A DNA stretch of 64,000 nt from Planctomycetota bacterium. Lineage in GTDB: Bacteria; Planctomycetota; Brocadiia; JAADGH01. Numbering within the stretch: the first letter of the stretch is position 1; every line of letters begins with the position of its first letter. Position numbers and translations under genes: made by a program. The notes beneath the pieces are model-generated. The model was given only the letters and a program-made list of their open reading frames with translations, did not search any database and was not told where the DNA came from. The stretch spans positions 96,001-160,000 of the forward strand of contig JBFMAD010000008.1 of NCBI GenBank assembly GCA_040755855.1, given 5' to 3'. This document shows positions 46,934 through 54,752 of the stretch, in pieces.

Positions 46934-49900
46934 TCACCACGGCGTGAAGCTGTAGGGATCGTCCGCGGGATCCACATCCTCAAAGTAGAGAGACACGGGC
47001 CGCTTCTCCGGAGGCTCAGGGAGGAGCGACTCGACAGACGACAGATCGTCCGGGGCCTTCTCCGGCGGGGTCACGGTCGCGCTCACGCGCAGGTCCCCTG
47101 GGTCGCTCACGATGCACCAGAGCGCAAGGTCCTTGCCGGTGGATGTAACCTTCGCGCACAGCTCGTTCCATCCGGCCTTCAATCGCCCGCGCACAACGGT
47201 CTGTTGCCTGCCGTCGGGAATCGCCTCGCGCAGGTCCGCGATCACATTGCCGTTGACGCGGAAGGTCATAAACTCCGCACACTTCAGGTCGAACACGGCG
47301 TCGCGCTCGCGGGAACTGTAGATGTGCGTCACGGCGTAGGCGATCGTCCCCGGCTTCGCGGGATAGTACCATGTCAGATACGCCTTCCCGCCGCCGCGCG
47401 CCCCGAGTTGCCGCCAGCGCACCTTCTTGCCGTCGGCAACCTCCACAAGGTCTGTCGGCAGGGGGCGATTGTCAATGACCGTCGGCGTATCGAGGGCCGA
47501 GACGCCGTCGTCCGGGCCCTTGAACGGCCCCATGCACTGCCAGGACCCGACGACCGCTGGCTCGGCGAAGTGGCATGGCTTCGTCAGACGTTCCGCGATT
47601 TCGTCGGCGCTGCGCGCACCGAGGTTCATCAGGATTCGCCCATAGACCTGCCGGACCCGCCATCGGGTGCGGAGGTGGTTCTTTGTCTTTCGGTCCCCGA
47701 AGTTTCGCCAGTCGAGCTGGCAGAAGATCCACTGCCCCTGTCCCGTCGGGACGTGGACGAACAGGCCCTTGGCGCTGCACCATGCCCCTTCCGGCAGTCC
47801 GACTTCGCAGATGCCGCAGCACGGGATGAAGGCGCGCCACGTCAGATGTTGCGGACCGATGCCGCGAAAGATTTCCGGACAGGTATCCGCGTCAATCTCC
47901 GTCCGGGCCAGTTTCCATTGTCGTACGCCGATGGGCCAGGGCAGAAGGCCGCCCGCGAGGGCCTCGGCAGTCTGCGGCAGGATAAGGACCCTCCCGCCCC
48001 GTTCCGCAAACTTGCGGAGGGCGGGAAGGGCCTCCTTCACCATGCCCAGCCCATCGCGTCCGATGGCGACTATGCTCTCCGGCTTAATTGCGGAGGCCAG
48101 GGCCTTCGGCTCGGGCCGCGTCGCGGCAAAGCCGAGCGACTGGACCAGTTGCCAGTCTTCGTCGTTCCCGATGTAAACGATTTCCTTGCTTTGCGGCGGC
48201 AGATCGGCGGCGTCGAGGTAACGAACCAGGTTCCGACCAATGCGATCGGCCGGCGGCTCCGCGCCGACGCGGCCGGTGAGATCGAGTTGACAGAAGACGA
48301 CCGTCCCTTTCCCGTGCCGCCATTCCAACATCGGGGAATACTGGAGGTCAAATTCCGCCTCGACGATCGGTCGGAAGGCGCCGACGTGCGGCGTCTCTGG
48401 GAGGACCGTGGCGACGTTGCCGTATGATCCCCAGTGCGGGGCATGAATCTTGACGCGCTTGCGTTCTGCATCGGGACCGGGGGCGATGAGCGTACTCTCG
48501 CCGCGCCAGTTGATCAGGTCCTCCGGGCCGATGCCGTCGAGGGCGGGATGCGCCGTGCATCGGGGGAAGGCGTACCGGCTGTAGAGGTCCTCCGCGCGGA
48601 AGCCCAGGCCCTCCATCGGCTCCCAGCGCTGTTCCAGGATGAGCACCCTCGCCCCTGCAGCCACATCGTCAGCGGAAAACGGGGCGCGCAACTCGCCGCG
48701 AAGGGCGTTGCGGCCGATGACGAGCACGTCGCCCGACCCAAGTTTGTCGCCGGGCTGGTGCTTCGTTGCCCGTATCCCCAACGTCTGCACGACCGGCGTG
48801 GAGTCGCCCATCGGGTCGTGGAGCAGCCAGCGTCGCCTTGTCTCAACCGGTGTTTTTACAATAGGATATATCTGCAACTGGAACGAATCCCGGCAGAGGA
48901 ACTTGCCGTCTTCGTAGACTTCAAGAGCCAACTCGGCCTGGGTCTTCTCCGTCACGTTGGGCATCGTCAGATCGAGCGGCTGCTTCACGATGTTGCCGGA
49001 GTCGAGGTCAAGGCGCAGACTTCCCCCTGAGATGTGCGCCCCTTCGGCCTCCAGTCGCCAGCGCGCTTCGAGGGTCCGCTTCCCCAGGCCGTCCCAGACG
49101 GCGACGATGGTCTTGCTCGCCTTCTCGCCGGCGTAGAACGAGTGATCCTTCGCCGTGAAGCGCTCCGGCTTGCCGCCGATGTATGCGAGCAGGTCCTGGT
49201 GGTTCGCCCGGATGGCGTCGTAGATCGGATTCGCCCACGGCGGGCGGCGGTGCAGCTCATCCGGTGCGCCCTTGTACCACTCATAGGAGCGCGGTCCCTT
49301 TGTATCCAGATCGTCGAGTTTCCCCAAGCCTTCCGCGAACAGCCAGAAGTGTGTGCCGAGGTTCAGGCCATAGGTCCGCCACGAGCGAAGCGTATTCCGA
49401 AGGAAAAGCTCCTGGAGACGATAGTACGCAGTATGCCGGATCGGGATATAGAGTTCGCGCGGGGTGAGTTCGATCTTCCCGCCGTCCTGTTTGCGCGACT
49501 CGATGTATCGAACATACTCATCGTCCTCGTCCGCATAGGCGAGATCGCCGAAGTACATGGCCCAGTACTCCGTCCAGACGGGACAGTCCCCCTTGAAGAA
49601 GTTCAGCGCCGACGGCGTGCCGAACTCCACCGCGCCGAAGGGCTGTGCGCCTTTCTCCGCCCAGGCCGACAGCCACTCCTCGCGCTCCTGGAGCGGCACG
49701 AAGTTGAGGTAAACGTTGCCCGTCTGGTACTCGCCGACCCGACCGCAGGAGTGGGCGCCGACAAGGCGCGTCGGGTCGCTGGCCTTGACGAGGTCCATGC
49801 CCTGGAGCCATGCGGCCCTGCTCTTCTTCTCCTCGTCCGTGAAGGGACGGCCGATGTTCTGCGGCAGAAACTCCGTCCAGTCGCCCCGGTTCATGTCAAC

Positions 49901-51205
49901 CAACCAAGCCAGGATGCTCGGGTGGTTGCCGTAGCGCTTCACCCAAAGGCGCACCTCCCGCTCATAGGCGGCGACCGCCTTCGGGTCGCCAAAACTCCAT
50001 ATGATCGGGGTGGCCCGCGGCGCGGGGACCAGCAGCGCCATGCCCAGCCGGTCGGCCGATTCGAGCGTCTCCGGGTTCAGGATCGGCCGCCCGCCCCAGC
50101 CGCACCACCCTGTCGGGTTCGGCTGGATTTCCAGCCCGTTGCAGCCCAGGCCCTGCCAGAAGGGCCAGTTGGGGAGCGTGCCCGGCCCATGGTTCCACGG
50201 GGCGCGCAGCCGGAAGGGGACGCCGTTCAGCATGATCTCGCGCCCCTCGGTCCAGACCTCCCGGAAGCCGAATGTGATGGGCGGGAATCGGTCCACGACC
50301 TTGCCCGCTTTGTCCAAAAGCGTGACCTCGGCGCGATAAAGATGCGGCCCGCCGACTCGCCACGGCACGGCATCCTTCCACGGCATGGCAAAGGAGAAGG
50401 ATGATTCGCCCGCGGCGAGGTCAGGGATCGGGGCCTTTCCCTCAAACACCAATCGGCCGTCGGAATCCTCAAATACCCGAAGGGCCGCCTGCCCGCCGGC
50501 CAGTCCGTCGCGGGAGTGGACCCACGCCGCCGCGCCAACTTCGTTCTTGCGAACGCTGGTCCGGATCAGTACATCCTGCATTGCGGTGAACGGCTCGGCG
50601 CGGATCGTCACCGACCCGGTGAGGCCGAGGCGACCGGGGCGGAACTTCTCCGGGTCGCCGTCGCACCAGTGGCGGATGTGCTCCGCGCGCTGGCCGTGCA
50701 TCCAGATATCCTCATCGGGGCCGCGCGAGACGCCCTGGTAGTCGGTCGTGACGTAAACTCTTAGCGTGTGGCGTCCAGGCGCGGCATGGGCGGAGAGGTC
50801 TATCCGGCCTTCCGGGCGGAGGACCTCGCCGACCCGTTTGCCGTCGGCACACACGATCGCATCGAGGTCAATCTCGTCGAAGGCGAGGACGATCCGTCGG
50901 CCCTGCCATGCCTCCGGGATGACGACCTCCCGTTCATACCAGCAGTTGCGGACGATCTTCTGCCGGTCTTTGCCCCAGGTCGTGTTCTGCTTGTTTGGGA
51001 GCGGCAGCCAGGGCTGGTAGGTTCCCGGCACGGTGATCTGCGCCCATTCGTTCTCCTTCGGCGGCGCGTCGGGACCGTCGGCGGGCTGGAACCGCCACGG
51101 GCCGTCGAGGGAAATGATGGACCGGATTTCGTCTTCTGCCATCGCGCAGCGCCATGCCGCCGTGACCAGGGCAATCACGATCATCGTTCGGAAGATACGC
51201 AACAT
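46934..51205 (-). CDS. Large GH2-like glycoside hydrolase (multi-domain)
   Basis: SLDGPWRF, WYER...IP..W.G.RI.L.F, PHLY, FGFREV, LNG.P, NHPSI, EFG; signal peptide. Confidence 0.8.
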   Translation of the reverse strand: MLRIFRTMIVIALVTAAWRCAMAEDEIRSIISLDGPWRFQPADGPDAPPKENEWAQITVPGTYQPWLPLPNKQNTTWGKDRQKIVRNCWYEREVVIPEAWQGRRIVLAFDEIDLDAIVCADGKRVGEVLRPEGRIDLSAHAAPGRHTLRVYVTTDYQGVSRGPDEDIWMHGQRAEHIRHWCDGDPEKFRPGRLGLTGSVTIRAEPFTAMQDVLIRTSVRKNEVGAAAWVHSRDGLAGGQAALRVFEDSDGRLVFEGKAPIPDLAAGESSFSFAMPWKDAVPWRVGGPHLYRAEVTLLDKAGKVVDRFPPITFGFREVWTEGREIMLNGVPFRLRAPWNHGPGTLPNWPFWQGLGCNGLEIQPNPTGWCGWGGRPILNPETLESADRLGMALLVPAPRATPIIWSFGDPKAVAAYEREVRLWVKRYGNHPSILAWLVDMNRGDWTEFLPQNIGRPFTDEEKKSRAAWLQGMDLVKASDPTRLVGAHSCGRVGEYQTGNVYLNFVPLQEREEWLSAWAEKGAQPFGAVEFGTPSALNFFKGDCPVWTEYWAMYFGDLAYADEDDEYVRYIESRKQDGGKIELTPRELYIPIRHTAYYRLQELFLRNTLRSWRTYGLNLGTHFWLFAEGLGKLDDLDTKGPRSYEWYKGAPDELHRRPPWANPIYDAIRANHQDLLAYIGGKPERFTAKDHSFYAGEKASKTIVAVWDGLGKRTLEARWRLEAEGAHISGGSLRLDLDSGNIVKQPLDLTMPNVTEKTQAELALEVYEDGKFLCRDSFQLQIYPIVKTPVETRRRWLLHDPMGDSTPVVQTLGIRATKHQPGDKLGSGDVLVIGRNALRGELRAPFSADDVAAGARVLILEQRWEPMEGLGFRAEDLYSRYAFPRCTAHPALDGIGPEDLINWRGESTLIAPGPDAERKRVKIHAPHWGSYGNVATVLPETPHVGAFRPIVEAEFDLQYSPMLEWRHGKGTVVFCQLDLTGRVGAEPPADRIGRNLVRYLDAADLPPQSKEIVYIGNDEDWQLVQSLGFAATRPEPKALASAIKPESIVAIGRDGLGMVKEALPALRKFAERGGRVLILPQTAEALAGGLLPWPIGVRQWKLARTEIDADTCPEIFRGIGPQHLTWRAFIPCCGICEVGLPEGAWCSAKGLFVHVPTGQGQWIFCQLDWRNFGDRKTKNHLRTRWRVRQVYGRILMNLGARSADEIAERLTKPCHFAEPAVVGSWQCMGPFKGPDDGVSALDTPTVIDNRPLPTDLVEVADGKKVRWRQLGARGGGKAYLTWYYPAKPGTIAYAVTHIYSSRERDAVFDLKCAEFMTFRVNGNVIADLREAIPDGRQQTVVRGRLKAGWNELCAKVTSTGKDLALWCIVSDPGDLRVSATVTPPEKAPDDLSSVESLLPEPPEKRPVSLYFEDVDPADDPYSFTPW

Positions 51206-51300
51206 GGTCTGCACCTCCGATACAGGTATCCGGTTCCAGGATTGTAGCATTCTGCAAAAATGTACTCAGTACGTTTTGTGGCATTTTAATTCAAGGTGGT

Positions 51301-53802
51301 TTATCCGCCCTTTTTCCGATCCGTCTTGGGCTTTGCCGGGGCCTTCGGGGGGACGGGGTTCTTCGGCGGAGGCGGCGGGGCTTTGACTTTGGGGGCGTCC
51401 TTGGGGGGTTCCGCCTCCTTGCGCGGTCGGGGTTTCAGGCCCTGTTGCACAAGCCATCGGCGCCACTTCTGGATGGTCTCTTCGTTGGCCTCGGGGGTGG
51501 GGGCGGGGAGTGGGCCGAAGTTCTCGCCTGTCATTTCCGCCAGCACCTCGGCGGCCCGGGTCACGATGCCGGCAGTGGGGTCGTCCAGACAGGCCACGAG
51601 GGCGGGAAGGCTGGACTTGTTCTTCCGGCTTCTGAGGGTATCAATGAACGACCGCTTGCCGGAGGGGTATGCCGCCTCCGAATCGGCCACATATCCTTCC
51701 ATCAGTTCGTAGGTCTTCTCATGGTTCAGGCCGACCAGGGCGTTGATGGCGTAGTAGCGCGTCGTGGGTCCGGCGGCGGAGACGGCCAACTGCTCATAGA
51801 GCTTCATGATCTCCGGGTTGCGGAAGCGCCCGTAGTGGAAGAAGAGGAGGATCATGTACTGGTCGGCGTCGTTGGCGGTCTTCTGCAGCAACTCCAGGAG
51901 CACAGGGCGCGCGGGGCTGTTCCAGATCGTGTCAAGCGCCTTGGCTACCGGCAGACGGAGTTCATCGTATCCGATGATATTGAAGAGGTAATAGACGACG
52001 TTATAGACGTTCGGCGGGACCCAGCAGGTCTCGGCGCGTTCGAGGAACTGCTCGGCCTGCTGGCGGGCGGTCTTGTCGTGGAGCCGCGGCGTCAGAACGC
52101 GAATCTGCTCCACCGCCGGCGCGACAGCGATACAGCAGATGGAGTGGGCGGCGCATCGTTTCACGTCCTCGTTTTCGTCGGACTTCAGGGCCGCGACCTT
52201 CAGCGCGGGGATCGTCGCGGGGTCGGCCAGCGCGCCGAGCGCGACGCACATGACCTTCTTCGTCGGGTAGTCCTGCGCCTGCAGGAGCGTCGTCGCAAAC
52301 AACTTGGCCGAGTCTTTGTCGCCCAGAAGGGCGAGGGCCTCGGCGGCGTTGTTGACTGTCAGCTCGTCGGCGTTGGACCGGTAGTTTTTGGCGATCTCGA
52401 CGACCATCTCTCGCAGCAGCGCCTGCGCGTCCACTTTCACCTTGCCGCTCTTCAGGATTTCCACCGCAACGGAGATGGCGCCAAAGCCCTTTGCGTTGGA
52501 GATCGTATCGCGCAGGGATGAGACCGCCTTGTCGTTCCCCTGCGAAAGGAGGTTCTGGATCGTGACGTTGAGCGCCGCATCGCCGAGGACCTTGTCCCTC
52601 TGCCGGAGCAGAAAGACGGCGCGGAGCTTCAACCGCGAATCGTCGTCGCTTGCCGTCGCCAGCTCCATGAGCGCCTCGTTCACCTGGGGCGACTGCATGT
52701 CGTCGAGCGTGTCGAAGGCCAGGAGGCGGAGGGTCATGTCGTCCTGCGCATCCAGGAGCACATCCCGAAGCCCCTGGACGGCGACGGGATCGTCAATCTG
52801 CGAAAGCGACTGGATGGCCGTCGTCCGCGTGGCGGGGTTCAGGCCGAGGCGGGCCAGCTTGGCGTAGACCGCGACGGCCGTCCTGTCGCCGGACCTTCGG
52901 AGGGTCTCGGTGGCGATCTGCTGCATCTCGGCGTCCTCCGTGCCGAGGGCGATCTCGGCCAGGGCCTTCACGGCCGCCTCGTCGTCGGGGCTGGTGGTCA
53001 GGCACCGGATCGCCCGCAGGCGGAGGTCCTTCTCCTGCTTGGCATCGAGCGCGACCTTCAGGAGGACGTTCGTCTGGAGGGACAGGCCCCTGCTCGGCAT
53101 CAGTTCGACGGCCTTGATCCGCGTCGCCAGGTCCACTTTCTCGTTGTCGGCAATCGAGGCGAGCGCGGCGGAGCCTATCAACTGGCCCAGGTGCGAAAGG
53201 GCGTAGGCGGCGTTGATCTGCGCGTTCAGGTCGTCCTTTCGCTGGACGATCTCGGTGCAGAAGCGGATCAACGGCTCCTTGCCCGCGCCGGTCGAGGAGA
53301 GGGCGCTTACCACGCAGCGTGCGGCGGCGGGATTTTTGGCGTTCCAGAGGATCCCGAAGAGAAGCGGCGGGGCGTTCTCGCGATCCATGGCGGCGATGGC
53401 GCTGACGGCCGAGGAGATGATGCCGTTGTCTTCCTTCTCCTCGCAAGCCAGTTTGACGAGGACGGGGATGGCCTTCTTCGCGTCGAGCGCGGCCAGTTGC
53501 TCCATGGCCTGGCTCCGCAGGCCGGAGCTTCGCTTGGGGCTGAGCGCCACATCCACGAGGCGGTCGTAGAGCGCCGGGTCAATCTGCGGACCGGCCTCCT
53601 GGACCGGCTGCTTCTCGATCTTGGCGATGTCATCTTTCTTGAGGAGGATGTAACCGTACCCGGTAAGGACGCCGATCCGTCCCTCGATCTCCGCCGTCTG
53701 GCCGGTCAGACGGTCGCCGTTCTTGAGGATGACCGTATCGGCGGATGCGACGCCGGCCGCGAGGAGCGCCGCGAAGCAGAGGAGTAGGATGGGCCGCTGC
53801 AT
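51301..53802 (-). CDS. Exported HEAT-repeat protein
   Basis: Signal peptide, ADTVILKNGD domain, many R..A...L HEAT-like repeats, Pro/Lys-rich tail. Confidence 0.8.
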   Translation of the reverse strand: MQRPILLLCFAALLAAGVASADTVILKNGDRLTGQTAEIEGRIGVLTGYGYILLKKDDIAKIEKQPVQEAGPQIDPALYDRLVDVALSPKRSSGLRSQAMEQLAALDAKKAIPVLVKLACEEKEDNGIISSAVSAIAAMDRENAPPLLFGILWNAKNPAAARCVVSALSSTGAGKEPLIRFCTEIVQRKDDLNAQINAAYALSHLGQLIGSAALASIADNEKVDLATRIKAVELMPSRGLSLQTNVLLKVALDAKQEKDLRLRAIRCLTTSPDDEAAVKALAEIALGTEDAEMQQIATETLRRSGDRTAVAVYAKLARLGLNPATRTTAIQSLSQIDDPVAVQGLRDVLLDAQDDMTLRLLAFDTLDDMQSPQVNEALMELATASDDDSRLKLRAVFLLRQRDKVLGDAALNVTIQNLLSQGNDKAVSSLRDTISNAKGFGAISVAVEILKSGKVKVDAQALLREMVVEIAKNYRSNADELTVNNAAEALALLGDKDSAKLFATTLLQAQDYPTKKVMCVALGALADPATIPALKVAALKSDENEDVKRCAAHSICCIAVAPAVEQIRVLTPRLHDKTARQQAEQFLERAETCWVPPNVYNVVYYLFNIIGYDELRLPVAKALDTIWNSPARPVLLELLQKTANDADQYMILLFFHYGRFRNPEIMKLYEQLAVSAAGPTTRYYAINALVGLNHEKTYELMEGYVADSEAAYPSGKRSFIDTLRSRKNKSSLPALVACLDDPTAGIVTRAAEVLAEMTGENFGPLPAPTPEANEETIQKWRRWLVQQGLKPRPRKEAEPPKDAPKVKAPPPPPKNPVPPKAPAKPKTDRKKGG

Positions 53803-53815
53803 GTCCTGTTCCTCC

Positions 53816-54736
53816 CTATTGCTGAGGTCCCTTCGATTGCGGGACAGGCGTGACGGCCAGATGCTTGGCGAAGAAGTCGTCGAGCCGCTGGACGACCTTC
53901 TGCCTCTCTTCCGGCGGCGTCTTCTCGAACACCCCATGGCCGCCGCCCTCGATACTGATCAACTCAAACGTCGCCCCGGCATCCTTCAGCGCCTTCTCCA
54001 TCTCGATTACCTGCGTGTGCGGCACGGTCTTGTCGCTCGTGCCGTGGAGCATCAGGATCGGCGGCGCGTCCTTCCTGACGTAGGTGATGGGTGACGCTTT
54101 TTTTGCCACATCCGGGACCTCGTCGGCAAAGCCGCCGAGGAACCCCTGCACAGCCGGGTGCCGCCAGCTCGGCACGAACTGCGTCGGCCCCGCCTGGCTG
54201 ACGACGACCTGCACGGCGCTACTCACGTCGTTGTTGCCGCCGGTCCCATCCAGGCCGTCCTCCGGTTTCGTGAGACCGAGCATGAGGGAGAGGTGCGCTC
54301 CGGCGGAGTTGCCGGTCGCGCCCATCTTGTTCGGGTCGAAGCCGTACTCCTTCGCGTGCGCCCGCAGCCAGCGCACGGCGCACTTGCAGTCCTCCACGGC
54401 GGCAGGGAACTTCGCCACGTCCGACAGGCGATAGTTGATCGAGACGGCCACATAGCCCTGAGCGGCGTAGTGGACCGCCGCGCCGCCGAAGGGGCCCTTG
54501 TCCCCGCCCTTCCAGCCGCCGCCGTGGATGACGACGATGGCCGCGCCGTTTTTCTTTTCGGGCAGGTAGAGGTCCAGCTTCAGATCGGTCTCCCCGCCCT
54601 TGCCGTAGATGATATCGCGCTCGACCTTGACGCCGGGGGGAATCGGCGGCCCTTTCTTCTTCTCCTGCCCCATCGTGCAAATGTTCAGAAAAATAAGACA
54701 GGACACGAAGAAGGCGAAACCTGTTCGTGATCTCAT
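53816..54736 (-). CDS. Alpha/beta hydrolase (BD-FAE/HSL-like esterase)
   Basis: HGGGW, NYRLS, GNSAG nucleophile, HGTSD.TVP, GH. Confidence 0.9.
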   Translation of the reverse strand: MRSRTGFAFFVSCLIFLNICTMGQEKKKGPPIPPGVKVERDIIYGKGGETDLKLDLYLPEKKNGAAIVVIHGGGWKGGDKGPFGGAAVHYAAQGYVAVSINYRLSDVAKFPAAVEDCKCAVRWLRAHAKEYGFDPNKMGATGNSAGAHLSLMLGLTKPEDGLDGTGGNNDVSSAVQVVVSQAGPTQFVPSWRHPAVQGFLGGFADEVPDVAKKASPITYVRKDAPPILMLHGTSDKTVPHTQVIEMEKALKDAGATFELISIEGGGHGVFEKTPPEERQKVVQRLDDFFAKHLAVTPVPQSKGPQQ

Positions 54737-54752
54737 CTGACGCTCCTTCAAT

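Noticed and set aside
46698..46940. 80-aa minus-strand ORF in the AT-rich gap
   Set aside because: No RBS or motif support and atypical composition
46835..50404. 530-aa and 456-aa plus-strand ORFs
   Set aside because: Antisense to the GH2-like gene; no recognisable domains
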